Assembly (NCBI GenBank): GCA_037446215.1
Contig: JBBIJB010000019.1
Location: 1 to 31,583, forward strand
Source: Armatimonadota bacterium
GTDB taxonomy: Bacteria > Sysuimicrobiota > Sysuimicrobiia > Sysuimicrobiales > Humicultoraceae
DNA: 31,583 bases
Direction: 5' to 3'
In this document: positions 17,069-26,734 of the stretch, one piece after another
Numbering within the stretch: the stretch's first letter is position 1
How the letters are laid out: each line of letters starts with the position of its first letter
The notes under the pieces: model-generated
Database searches by the model: none
What the model was told of the DNA's origin: nothing
The model's input: the letters and a program-made list of their open reading frames with translations, nothing else
Program-made: the position numbers and the translations under genes

Positions 17069-18239
17069 TCTGGCTCCGTAGGGGCGTCTTCGGCAGGAAC
17101 CAGATCGCGGCCATGCCGGGGATCGAGAGCACCAGCGTGGCCACCAGCGTCGTCGACAGCCCTATCCGGTCGGCCAGCGCCCCAACGATGGTGAGCGTGA
17201 GCCCGGCCGAGCCCCAGGCCACCCCGGTGACCAGGCTGCTGGCGAAGCTGGCCCGCGCCGGCAGCATCTCCTGGGCCATGACGATGCTGACAGGGGCCGC
17301 GAGGTAGAGCACGACTCCGCCAAGCGCGAGCGGCACCAGCCCCCAGATGCTCTGGATCAGGTCGAACGCGAGCAGCAGCGGAACGCTCAGCCCGAGCGAG
17401 ATAGCCATCACCGCGCGCCTGCCTATCATGTCCGAGAGGGTGCCTCCCACCAGGCCGCCTATCGCCCCGATCCCGCCGAAGAGGAATACCGCCGCGCCCC
17501 CGACGATCAGCGAGTGGCCGCGGCCGCTCAGCAGCAGCGGCAGGAACAGAATATGCGACAGGATGATGACGCTGCGGATGACGACCACCGTCCAGATCAG
17601 CAGGAGCGACCTCGCGTTGCGCCAGAGATCGGCCCGCAGCCGCTCGGCAGGCCGCTCCGTGGTGATCTCCCAGCCGGAGGTCAGCCTCCAGAGGACGAGG
17701 CAGGCCAGCAGCCCGGGGGCTGCTGCCACGGCGGTCCCCGCAAGCCCCACCGCCCCCACCACGACGGCGGCGTACAGGGGGCCGAGCGCGTAGCCGAACT
17801 CCCCTCCCGCCACGAATATCGACATGCCCGTGCCCAGCCGGGTCCCGCTCGCGGAGCCCACGACCGCGAACGACTGCGGGTGGAACGATCCCGTCCCCAA
17901 ACCCGCGACAACGAGTAGCACCACCAGGAGCGAGTAGGTCGGCGCCAGCCCCAGCATCCCCATCGCCGTCGCCGTAACCGTGGCTCCGAGCACGGTGAAG
18001 CCGGGCCTCGAGATACGGTCGGCCGCGAGGCCGAAGAACGGCTGGGAGAAGGCCGAGGCGGTGTTGAACACCGTGCCCAGCAGCCCGGCAAGTGTCAGCG
18101 ACAGGTCGAACCTGCCGACCAGCAGGGGCAGCAGCGGGGCAAGAAAGGCCGCGTAGAGGTCGTTGGTGAAGTGGGCCAGGGCCATCACCCGCAGCCTGGA
18201 CCAGTTCGGCATCAGACTCTTGGCACCAGCCCCGCTCAC
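17055..18239 (-). CDS. MFS transporter, Fsr-like
   Basis: AHFTNDLY, QPFFGLAADR, FHPQ and GTLSDMIGRR; about 12 TM segments. Start may be ATG 18212. Confidence 0.9.
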   Translation of the reverse strand: MSGAGAKSLMPNWSRLRVMALAHFTNDLYAAFLAPLLPLLVGRFDLSLTLAGLLGTVFNTASAFSQPFFGLAADRISRPGFTVLGATVTATAMGMLGLAPTYSLLVVLLVVAGLGTGSFHPQSFAVVGSASGTRLGTGMSIFVAGGEFGYALGPLYAAVVVGAVGLAGTAVAAAPGLLACLVLWRLTSGWEITTERPAERLRADLWRNARSLLLIWTVVVIRSVIILSHILFLPLLLSGRGHSLIVGGAAVFLFGGIGAIGGLVGGTLSDMIGRRAVMAISLGLSVPLLLAFDLIQSIWGLVPLALGGVVLYLAAPVSIVMAQEMLPARASFASSLVTGVAWGSAGLTLTIVGALADRIGLSTTLVATLVLSIPGMAAIWFLPKTPLRSQTSPR

Positions 18240-18243
18240 GACC

Positions 18244-19155
18244 TCACCTCACGAGAAGCAGCACGAGGGAGACGGACGCGAAGCTGGCAACCGTCGTGGA
18301 GAAGACCGCGCTCGCCACGAACTCCGGGGCCGCGTCAAACCTCGAGGCAATTATGAACGAGTTGATCATCGTGGGCATCGCGGCAAGCACCACCGCGACG
18401 CTCGCGGCCAGACCCGTCACTCCAAACAGCGGCAGGAGCAGCGCCGCAGTCAGGGGTGAGATCCCGAGCCTGAGGGCGACGGCTGTCCCCAGAGGAAGCG
18501 TCATGCTCGACGGCCTGGCCTTTGCCAGCTGCACGCCGAGGGTGACTATGAGGAGGGGGATCGCCCCCTGTCCCAGCATCTGCAGCGGCGTCCAGATGGC
18601 CCCTGGGATCGTCCAGCCGGTGTGGGCAAACAGCAGCCCCAATACCGCTGCGTAGATCAAGGGTATCCTGAAGACGTCGCCGACCGCCCGCAGCGGCGCA
18701 TTCCGCCCTGCCGAGGCCAGGTAGATCCCCAGCGAGTGCAGCGCGATCGCGCTAACTACGAAGACGATCGTGGCGAGCCGGAAACCCTCCTCCCCGAACG
18801 CCAGAAGGCTCACCGGCAGGCCGTAGTTGCCGGAGTTGTAGAACACCGTGGAGAGAGACATCCCGCTGCGCTCCACGGCTCCCAGGCGGAGCATCCGTGA
18901 CGCGAGCAGCGTCAGCCAGAGCATCAGCACCAGATGGGCGACGACGAATCCGACGAGCCTGAACCCGGTCTCGGCGCTGAGGTCCGCCCTGACCAGCGCC
19001 GTGAACACGAGACACGGCGTGAGCAGGTAGATGACGAGGAACGACAGCGTCCGAAGATCGATCGGGGCGTACCGTGCCAGGAAGTAGCCCGCGCCGACGA
19101 GGAGCACGATGGGGAGGATCACCCCAACAAGGCCCACCGCGCCGGTGGATGCCAT
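18244..19155 (-). CDS. AEC (auxin efflux carrier) family transporter
   Basis: PCLVF, NSGNYGLPV..AFG and AMPT; about 10 TM segments. Coupled to speD by a TGATG overlap. Confidence 0.9.
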   Translation of the reverse strand: MASTGAVGLVGVILPIVLLVGAGYFLARYAPIDLRTLSFLVIYLLTPCLVFTALVRADLSAETGFRLVGFVVAHLVLMLWLTLLASRMLRLGAVERSGMSLSTVFYNSGNYGLPVSLLAFGEEGFRLATIVFVVSAIALHSLGIYLASAGRNAPLRAVGDVFRIPLIYAAVLGLLFAHTGWTIPGAIWTPLQMLGQGAIPLLIVTLGVQLAKARPSSMTLPLGTAVALRLGISPLTAALLLPLFGVTGLAASVAVVLAAMPTMINSFIIASRFDAAPEFVASAVFSTTVASFASVSLVLLLVR

Positions 19156-19631
19156 CAGCGGGCGCGCGTCTTGCGCTGGCGCGGCTTCTTGGAGCGCCGC
19201 GGAGCCTGCTCCTTCTTCTTGCCGCTCTGGCTGGGAAGGGTCTCCTCCCAGGTGACGATGCTATGGTAGAACTGGCGGTCGCCCTCTTCCAGGCCCCGGG
19301 TCACCTCGGTGATGTGCATCGAGTTGGCGCCGAACTCCTTCATCGCGTATTCCACCGCCGCCTCGGGCTTGGCGTCGCTCCCGCAGGTGAAGATGTCGAG
19401 GGCCACGTAGCCGAACTCCGGCCACGTGTGCACGGAGAGGTGCGACTCCGAGATGACGACCACGCCCGACACGCCGTAGGGGTTGAACCGGTGGAACGAT
19501 ATCGACCAGACCGTGACGCCGGCGACCTCGGCGGCACGAACGAGTATCCGCTCAACGGTCTCCACCCTGCCAATGATCTCGGGGTTGCACCCCGAGGCCT
19601 CCGCGATATAGTGATGCCCGACCGGTTCCAT
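19155..19631 (-). CDS. speD: Pyruvoyl-dependent S-adenosylmethionine decarboxylase proenzyme (class 1B)
   Basis: GVSGVVVISE|SHLSVHTWPEFGYVALDIFTCG; basic C-terminal tail. Confidence 0.9.
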   Translation of the reverse strand: MEPVGHHYIAEASGCNPEIIGRVETVERILVRAAEVAGVTVWSISFHRFNPYGVSGVVVISESHLSVHTWPEFGYVALDIFTCGSDAKPEAAVEYAMKEFGANSMHITEVTRGLEEGDRQFYHSIVTWEETLPSQSGKKKEQAPRRSKKPRQRKTRAR

Positions 19632-19758
19632 CTCACACCCCCCTCCGCACGCCTCTTCCGGTCACGGTCGCACCTGCTCTCCGGCCGTCCGCCGGCCCCC
19701 TCACAGTTCGTGCCCGAGCCCCCCTTTGCAGACCGCCCGCATGGACACACGAGATCCA

Positions 19759-19787
19759 ATGGTAGGCCCTGCGGGAGGGGGTGTCAA
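19759..19787 (-). promoter_or_regulatory. Sigma70 promoter TTGACA-N17-TACCAT for the speD operon
   Basis: Perfect -35 and 17-nt spacer, about 120 nt upstream of the speD ATG. Confidence 0.75.
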
Positions 19788-19799
19788 CGCCGCGCGATC

Positions 19800-20687
19800 C
19801 TACAGGCGCATCTTTGGATCGAGCGCGTCCCTTATCCCGTCCCCGAGGAGGTTGAACCCCAGCACGGTCATCATTATCGCTAGCCCTGGGAACGTCACCG
19901 CGTGCGGCGCCAGCCGCAGGTACTGCCGGGCCCCGCTCAACATCGCGCCCCACTCGGCCGTGGGCGGCTGTGCGCCCAGCCCAAGGAATCCGAGGGCGGC
20001 TGCTGTCAGGATGGCGGAGGCCACCTGGAGGGTGGACTGCACGATCACTACGGCGAGCGTGTTGGGGAGGATGTGCTTGAAGATGATCCGGCCCACGCTG
20101 GCACCCATCGCCCGCGCGGCCTCGACGAACTCCTGCGTCCGCAGCGAGAGGGTCTGACCCCGGACCAGCCGGGCGTAAACAGGGATCGACACGACGCCGA
20201 TGGCGATCATCGCCTGCGGGAGCCCCACGCCCAGCACCGCGACTATCACTATGGCGAGCAGCACACCTGGAAACGCCAGCATCACGTCGACGCCGCGCTG
20301 CGTCAGGAGGTCGGGCCAGCCTCCGTAGTAGCCGGAGAGCGCCCCCAGAGGCACCCCCAGCCCCACGCCTATCACCACCGCGATCACGCCGATCACAAGG
20401 GAGATCCTCGCCCCGTAGATCACGCGGCTCAACATGTCGCGCCCGAGCTCGTCCCTTCCGAACGGGCTGCCCCTGGTCGGCTTCTCCAGGCTCTTGTCGA
20501 AGTCGACGTCGTAGGGGTCGAAAGGCGCGATTACGGGCGCCAGCATGCCCATCAGGAGGAAGCCGGCTATTATCCCCAGGCCGAGCAGCCCCACCCTGTT
20601 CCGCCGGAACTGCAGCCAGGCAAGTCTCGCGCGGCTCGCCCGCACCGCCTGAGGGCGGCGCCCCACGCCTAGTGGTCTCTCGCTCAA
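19800..20687 (-). CDS. Peptide/nickel ABC transporter permease (DppC/GsiD-like)
   Basis: FGRDELGRDMLSRVIYGARISL, FVEAARAMG and LGFLGLGAQPPTAEWG. Confidence 0.95.
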   Translation of the reverse strand: MSERPLGVGRRPQAVRASRARLAWLQFRRNRVGLLGLGIIAGFLLMGMLAPVIAPFDPYDVDFDKSLEKPTRGSPFGRDELGRDMLSRVIYGARISLVIGVIAVVIGVGLGVPLGALSGYYGGWPDLLTQRGVDVMLAFPGVLLAIVIVAVLGVGLPQAMIAIGVVSIPVYARLVRGQTLSLRTQEFVEAARAMGASVGRIIFKHILPNTLAVVIVQSTLQVASAILTAAALGFLGLGAQPPTAEWGAMLSGARQYLRLAPHAVTFPGLAIMMTVLGFNLLGDGIRDALDPKMRL

Positions 20688-20696
20688 CTCGGTCTC

Positions 20697-21617
20697 CTAC
20701 GTGTAGTGAATCCTCGGGTCGACGACGGCGTAGAATACGTCCACGGCGAGGTTCACGAATACGAATACGAGCGCGACGACGAGAACCGACCCCTGCACCA
20801 CAGGGTAGTCCCGCGTCAGTATGCCCTCCACGAGCAACCGCCCCACGCCCGGCCACGCGAAGACGCTCTCCGTGAGCACGGCGCCGCTGAGCAGCGTGCC
20901 GGTCTGCAGGCCGATCACGGTAATCACCGGGATCAGCGCGTTCCTGAAGGCGTGGCGGCCGATTATGATCCGCTCGACCTGTCCCTTGGCACGGGCTGTG
21001 CGGATGTAGTCCGTGCGCAGCACTTCCAGCATGCTGGAGCGCGTCATCCTGGCGATGATCGCGGCCGAGGCCATGCCCAGCGTCACCGAGGGCAGCACGA
21101 GGTGCGCGAGGGTCCCCGTTCCGACGGCGGGGAACCACCCAAGGATGACCGAGAAGACCAGGATCATCATCAGGCCCGACCAAAAGATCGGCATCGAGAG
21201 TCCTGTCAGTGCCGCCACCATCACCGCCGCGTCCAGCAGCGAGTAGGGCCGTATCGCGGACACGATCCCGGCGGTCACGCCCACCGTAACGGCAACCAGC
21301 ATGCTCGCCGATGCGAGCCGGAAGGTGTTGGGCAGCCGCGCCCAGAGCTCCTCTGTGACGGGCGCCTTCGAGCGTATCGACCTCCCGAGGTCTCCCATAG
21401 TCAGGTTCTTGAAGTAGACCGCGAACTGCACGACTATCGGACGATCCAGGCCCAGATCCTCGCGGATCGCCGCGATGTACTCGGGCGTGGCGGCCTGCCC
21501 CGCGATGACCATGGCAGGATCGCCGGGGATCAACCTTACCATCGCAAAGACGATAAACGCCACCCCGATTACCACGGGCACCGCCAGCAGCAGGCGCTTC
21601 GCTATGTAGGCCCACAT
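20697..21617 (-). CDS. Peptide/nickel ABC transporter permease (DppB/GsiC-like)
   Basis: IPGDPA, DYIRTARAKG, HAFRNALIP and ESVFAWPGVG. Confidence 0.95.
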   Translation of the reverse strand: MWAYIAKRLLLAVPVVIGVAFIVFAMVRLIPGDPAMVIAGQAATPEYIAAIREDLGLDRPIVVQFAVYFKNLTMGDLGRSIRSKAPVTEELWARLPNTFRLASASMLVAVTVGVTAGIVSAIRPYSLLDAAVMVAALTGLSMPIFWSGLMMILVFSVILGWFPAVGTGTLAHLVLPSVTLGMASAAIIARMTRSSMLEVLRTDYIRTARAKGQVERIIIGRHAFRNALIPVITVIGLQTGTLLSGAVLTESVFAWPGVGRLLVEGILTRDYPVVQGSVLVVALVFVFVNLAVDVFYAVVDPRIHYT

Positions 21618-21637
21618 GGCTGGCTCCGATCAGGCCG

Positions 21638-21704
21638 CAGCCGCCGGGAGTCCGGCGGGCTCGCGGACAGAGGTTGGGGGGAGAGCCCCAGAGGCTCTCC
21701 CCCC
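21638..21704 (-). terminator. Two intercistronic hairpins after the substrate-binding protein gene
   Basis: GGGGGGAGAGCC-N5-GGCTCTCCCCCC (21676-21704) and CCGCCGG-GAGT-CCGGCGG. Confidence 0.55.
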
Positions 21705-21746
21705 GAGTTCACAGTCGTCGATCTCATCCTGCGGAACTGCCTCCCG

Positions 21747-23315
21747 CTACCTGCGGATCCAGGCGCGATGAGCCACCATGCGCTCCGTCGGGTGAATGAT
21801 CAGGCCCTGCACGGTTGCGCGAATGCCGGTCACCTGCGACTCGCTGTGGAGGAACAGCCACGGCGCGTCGTCCATGATCGTCTTGATCGCGTCCCTGTAG
21901 ATCCGGTCGCGCGCGGCCTGGTCCATGGTGGTCCGGCCCTGGTCGAGCAGCGCGTCGACGCGCGGGTTCTTGTAGAACGCGGTGTTGAAGTTCGGCGGCC
22001 ACTGGGTGGAGTGGAAGAGCGCGTAGAGGCCGTAGTCGGCGTCACCCGTGATGCAGCCCCATCCCAGCATGCTCATCTGGATCTCGTCGATGGCCTTCGG
22101 TCCGCGGATGGTCGCCACGTAGGTGCCGAACTCCATGGTCACGAGCCTGGCCTCGACGCCCACGCGCCGGAGCAGTGCCTGGATGCCCGCGGAGATCTCG
22201 GCATCGCGAACGTAGCGCCCGCTCGGGTGGTGGAACGTGATGGACAGGCCGCGGCCGTGCCCGGCCTCGGCCAGTAGGGCCCTCGCCCTGTCCATGTCCC
22301 ACTCGTAGGTCATGGCGGGCGTGTACCCCTGGACGTTGGGTGCTATCGGAGCGTCTGAGACACGGGCGGTTCCGCCCAGTGCTCCCCTCACGATGGCGGA
22401 CTTGTTTACGGCGTAGTTGATCGCCTGGCGCACGCGCTTGTCGTTGAACGGCGGACGCTGGGTGTTGAACGCCACGAAGATCGTGCGGAGGGAGGACGAG
22501 TTGTCCACCCGGATCCCCGCGACCTTCTCAAGCCGCTCCATGTCCCGCGGCGGGACACGGACGGCGACGTGGATAGCGCCTCCCTCGAGGGCCAGCACGC
22601 GAGCGCCGTCCTCGGGGATCGCCCGGAAGGTGATCTCGTCAAGGTACGCCTTGTCGCCCCAGTAGTCGTCGTTGCGCGTCATGACGACGCGGTCGCCGCG
22701 GACCCACTCCTTGAACCTGAACATCCCGGTGCCGACGGGGCTGCGGGCGTAGTCCGCGCCCATGCGCCGGATCGCGGTCGGGCTTTGTATCCCGGTGCCG
22801 CTGTGGGCGAGGTGGGCGATCATCGGGGCGAACGGGGCGTTGGTGATTATCCGCACCGTCGTGTCATCGACGGCGGTGACCTCGGTCACGCGATCGATAA
22901 GGAAGCGAAACGCGGCCCGCGTGGCCGGATCCAGGATCCGGTCGAGGTTGAACTTGACGGCCTCAGCGTTGAAGGGCGTCCCGTCATGGAACCGCACTCC
23001 AGTGCGCAGCTTGAAGGTCCAGGTCCGACCATCGGCCGACGCCGTGTAGGAGGTCGCCAGCTTGGGGACGATCTTGCCGTCCGGCTCGAAGCTGAACAGC
23101 GTTTCGATCATGTGCTCCATGATGCTGGCGGTGGGCGAGTCGGTGTAGAGGTGACCGTCCAGGGTAGTGGCATCGGTCCCCTGCGCTATGACCAGGCTCC
23201 CGCCGCGCACCGGTGCGGGCGCCGCCGGACCGCCGCTCGCCGGGCCGAGCCCCCCGTAGAGAAGAGCAACCGCCGCGACCAGGGCAATCAACAACCGCGT
23301 CCTGCTGTTTGCCAT
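21747..23315 (-). CDS. Family 5 ABC substrate-binding protein (DppA/GsiB-like)
   Basis: Signal peptide, WTFKLRTGVRFHDGTPFNAEAVKF, PVGTGMF and RVRQAINYAVN. Confidence 0.95.
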   Translation of the reverse strand: MANSRTRLLIALVAAVALLYGGLGPASGGPAAPAPVRGGSLVIAQGTDATTLDGHLYTDSPTASIMEHMIETLFSFEPDGKIVPKLATSYTASADGRTWTFKLRTGVRFHDGTPFNAEAVKFNLDRILDPATRAAFRFLIDRVTEVTAVDDTTVRIITNAPFAPMIAHLAHSGTGIQSPTAIRRMGADYARSPVGTGMFRFKEWVRGDRVVMTRNDDYWGDKAYLDEITFRAIPEDGARVLALEGGAIHVAVRVPPRDMERLEKVAGIRVDNSSSLRTIFVAFNTQRPPFNDKRVRQAINYAVNKSAIVRGALGGTARVSDAPIAPNVQGYTPAMTYEWDMDRARALLAEAGHGRGLSITFHHPSGRYVRDAEISAGIQALLRRVGVEARLVTMEFGTYVATIRGPKAIDEIQMSMLGWGCITGDADYGLYALFHSTQWPPNFNTAFYKNPRVDALLDQGRTTMDQAARDRIYRDAIKTIMDDAPWLFLHSESQVTGIRATVQGLIIHPTERMVAHRAWIRR

Positions 23316-23454
23316 CTACATTCCCCCCTCTTGAGGTGATCCTTGTGGATACCCGCTGAACACCGGCCAAGCACGATCGAGCGAGCAGAATGGGATCGGC
23401 CTGGATGTGGTCACCCAGGCGCGGCCTGGGGCTCCTCTGCTCTGAAGGTACTTG

Positions 23455-23480
23455 ATTCTTCTCCTGTCCGGCGAACTCCT
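23455..23480 (-). promoter_or_regulatory. Putative AGGA-N18-GAAT promoter for the peptide ABC operon
   Basis: Minus strand GCAAGGAGTTCGCCGGACAGGAGAAGAATC. Confidence 0.55.
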
Positions 23481-23515
23481 TGCGAAGATCCGGGCCTTTC
23501 GGGTGCAGGACAAGT

Positions 23516-24001
23516 CTATATCAGCCACCTCACCGCCGCAACAACCCCGGAGGCGACGAGCGTCACCGCGATCCCGGCGGAGATGATCCCCGCGGCTATC
23601 GCCCACGCCGCCCTCGCGCGTCGCAGCCCCAGCAACCAGGCGAGCAGCGTGCCGGAGTAGGCACCGGTGCCGGGTAGCGGCACCGCGACGAAGAGGGCGA
23701 GCCCGATCAACTCGTACCTCTCGACCATCTTGACGCCGCTCTTGCGTACACGCCCGACGGCCCGCCTGATGAAGGGCACCCGTGAGAACCAGCGATCGTA
23801 GAAGAGGTCGAGCGCGTAGAAGCCCGGCAGCACTATCAGGCAGTTGGCCGCCACGCCGAGGGCGAAGGCGGCGATCGGGCTCCACCCCAGCGCTATCGCC
23901 AGCGGGATAGAGCCGCGGAGCTCTATCCACGGTATCATGGTGACCGCCACGATGCCGGCGGCCTGCTCCGACGCCGACAACCCCACAAGCCACTCCCGCA
24001 T
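23516..24001 (-). CDS. COG2426 / 'small multi-drug export' family membrane protein
   Basis: MIPWIELRGSIP and GLALFVAVPLPGTGAYSG. Confidence 0.9.
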   Translation of the reverse strand: MREWLVGLSASEQAAGIVAVTMIPWIELRGSIPLAIALGWSPIAAFALGVAANCLIVLPGFYALDLFYDRWFSRVPFIRRAVGRVRKSGVKMVERYELIGLALFVAVPLPGTGAYSGTLLAWLLGLRRARAAWAIAAGIISAGIAVTLVASGVVAAVRWLI

Positions 24002-24010
24002 CGTTCCCTC

Positions 24011-25255
24011 TTACTCGGGGAGGTTTCCCATCAGCTCCAACCCGCGCGACCGGTACATCGCTTGGTCGGCGGCGCTGACTAGCGCGTCGGCGTCCGCCCC
24101 CTGTTCGGGAGCCGTGGACGTCCCAGCGTCAACCTGCAGCGAGAGCCTCTTGGCGCCGGCGGAGAAGGTCGTCTCGGCCACGAGCCCGGCCAGCCGCCCC
24201 GCTACCACCTGCGCGCTCGCCTGATCGGTCCTGGGAAGGATGATCGCGAACTCGTCGCCGCCGTACCTGAACACAAGGTCTCCCGGGCGCACCGCCCCGT
24301 CCAGCAGCCGCGCGAACTGCTGCAGAACCACATCCCCCACGAGGTGGCCGTAGGCGTCGTTCACCGCCTTGAATCCCTTGAGATCGAGGAGCAGCAGGCT
24401 GAAGGGCGCCCCGTCGCGAGACTCCCTCCTGAACTCCTCCTCGAGCCTGATGCGGAAGTGCCTCCGGTTGTAGAGCCCGGTCAGAGGATCGGTTATCGAG
24501 AGGCGCTCCACGGCGATCAGCGCGTCCTCGAGCCGGCGGTTGGCCTCGCCGAGGCGATCACCGGCGGCCTGAGCCTCGTAGTTGCCCTTGAGGGCGGCGC
24601 TGACCAGCAGCCACGAGGCGAAGCCGATGACGACCCCGGTGTTGCCGTGGTCCTCGTACAGCAGAGCGATTATCATCGCGGCCGGGGCGAGGCTGGCGGC
24701 GAGCAGGAAGCTCCTCGCGACGGTGGGGCGCCCGAGGAACGACCAGTCGCCTGTCTGCACCGACCGGCCCGACAGCGTCAATATGGTGTTGGCCGCGGCA
24801 AATGCGACCCCGGCGGCCAGTAGCCTCACGAACAGGTCGGCCTCCCCGGGCATCCGAACGAAAGGCATCACGGCGGCCGCCACCGACAGGCTGAGGAGGG
24901 TGTTCCCGAGGTCGTAGGCGGCCCTCCAGGCCGGCCTGCGCACCCTCAGCCAATAGGAGACGAGGCTGACCACGACGAGGATCGTCGCCGCCTGCCACCC
25001 GACCAGGAACAGGGCCGCGAGGGAGACGCCGCTCTGCGGGTTGTAGTGGATCTCGTGCGGAAGCTGGAACGCGACTAGAGCCGAGAGCACGGACATCGTG
25101 CCGAACAGCAGCCAGACGCCGGCATCCACCTTGGGCATGGTGAGCAGGGCCGCAAGCACGACGGCGCCCCCTACGCCGCCGGTGATGCCGGCCAGCCGCC
25201 GGTAGGCGATCGGGTACGTTATCGAGCGCAAGACCCCAGATCCGCTCTGAGCCAT
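24011..25255 (-). CDS. Membrane-bound diguanylate cyclase (GGDEF)
   Basis: Multi-TM N-terminus, coiled linker, TDPLTGLYNRR, VNDAYGHLVGD, I-site RPGD and YGGDEF. Confidence 0.93.
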   Translation of the reverse strand: MAQSGSGVLRSITYPIAYRRLAGITGGVGGAVVLAALLTMPKVDAGVWLLFGTMSVLSALVAFQLPHEIHYNPQSGVSLAALFLVGWQAATILVVVSLVSYWLRVRRPAWRAAYDLGNTLLSLSVAAAVMPFVRMPGEADLFVRLLAAGVAFAAANTILTLSGRSVQTGDWSFLGRPTVARSFLLAASLAPAAMIIALLYEDHGNTGVVIGFASWLLVSAALKGNYEAQAAGDRLGEANRRLEDALIAVERLSITDPLTGLYNRRHFRIRLEEEFRRESRDGAPFSLLLLDLKGFKAVNDAYGHLVGDVVLQQFARLLDGAVRPGDLVFRYGGDEFAIILPRTDQASAQVVAGRLAGLVAETTFSAGAKRLSLQVDAGTSTAPEQGADADALVSAADQAMYRSRGLELMGNLPE

Positions 25256-25270
25256 CGCATGCCTCCCTGG

Positions 25271-26625
25271 CTAGGCCGCGAACTCATACAGAAACCGGAC
25301 GACGGCCTCTATCCCGCCGTGGAAGTTGCCCAGCGAGAACTTCTCGTTCGGGGCGTGCAGGTTGTCGTCGGGCAACCCGAACCCCATGAGCACGGTGGGC
25401 ACCCCGAGCAGGGAGGAGAAGCCGGCCACTATGGGGATGCTACCGCCGCTGCGCGTGTAGACGGGCGGCCTTCCGAAGGCTCCTTCCAGCGCCCTCGCAG
25501 CGGCCTGCACGGCAGGTGTCTCTGTGGAGACCACAACCGGGGGCGTTGATGCAACGTGGCGCACCACGACACCGACGCCGGGGGGAGCTATCCGCCGGAC
25601 GAACCGCGAGAACTGCAGGAAGACGCGCTCGGGACGCTGATCGGGCACCAGGCGCATGCTTATCTTGGCCGTAGCGGCTCCGGGGATGACCGTCTTCATG
25701 CCCGCCTCGGTGAACCCACCGCTCATGCCGTGGACATCCAGCGTCGGTCTCGCCCATGCGCGCTCGAAGAACGAGAACCCCTCCTCCCCCCCCAGGGCTT
25801 CGATGCCTATCTCTGCATCCAGCGCCGCCTCGTCGAACCGCAGTTGATCCCACGCCTGAAGCTCTGCGCCGTCCGGGGGCCGCACCCGGGCGTAGTACCC
25901 GGGGATCCTAACCCGGCCCCGCCTGCTCTTCAGGCCGGCCACGATCTCCGCGAGCGCCCCCAGGGCGTTGGGAGCTACGCCGCCGTACTGCCCTGAGTGC
26001 AGGTCGAACTTGGCCCCGGTGACCTCTATCTCCGTGTAGAGCAGGCCGCGGAGTCCCGTCGTGATCGTGGGGACGCCGGGCGCGAAGAACGCCCCATCGC
26101 TCACGAGCGCGGCATCCGCCGCAAGCGCCTTTCGCTTCTTCCTGAGATAGGATGCGAGCGAGGGGCTGCCGATCTCTTCCTCGCCCTCGAGGACGAACTT
26201 GACATTGACGGGAAGCTCTTTCTTCGTGCGGAGGATTGCCTCCACCGCCTTGATCTGGGCAAACAGCTGCCCCTTGTCGTCGGAGGCGCCCCTGGCATAG
26301 ACCGACTCCCCATCCACTCGAAGGGAGGGTGGTGCCAGAGTGCCAGCGGATCAGGGGGCTGGACATCGTAGTGACCGTAGAAGAGGATGGTCGGCCTCTG
26401 GGGAGCCCCGAGCCAGTCGGCACGCACGATCGGGTGCCGGTCTGTGACCTCTACCCGGCTCTGCAGGCCCAGCGCGCCGAGGTGGTCCGCAAGCCACCTC
26501 GCGGCCCGCGTCACATCCGAGGCGTACTCCTGGGAGGTGCTGACGCTGGGAATCCGCAGCAACTCCATGAGCTCTCCTAGGAAGCGAGGCCTCTGCTCGC
26601 GCGCATAGCCTATCGCCTGGTCCAT
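25271..26625 (-). pseudogene. M20 dipeptidase (ArgE/DapE/CNDP-like), split by a frameshift near 26318
   Basis: One frame (from 26625) has LRIPSVS and YGHYDVQPPDPL..W..PPFE; the other continues DGESVYARGASDDKG, EGEEE, DLHSG and HAPNE. Confidence 0.85.
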
Positions 26626-26657
26626 TGTCGCGTCCTCTCCCTGGGGTGGTGAGTTGA

Positions 26658-26683
26658 CTTCGCCGCCGGGCGATGCCTTCCCT
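26658..26683 (-). promoter_or_regulatory. Putative AGGG-N18-GAAG promoter upstream of the M20 dipeptidase
   Basis: Minus strand CAGGGAAGGCATCGCCCGGCGGCGAAG. Confidence 0.4.
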
Positions 26684-26734
26684 GGTCGGGAAGGGCGGAG
26701 TGGCCCCTGCCGAGAGAACGGCGGGATGCGCGCA

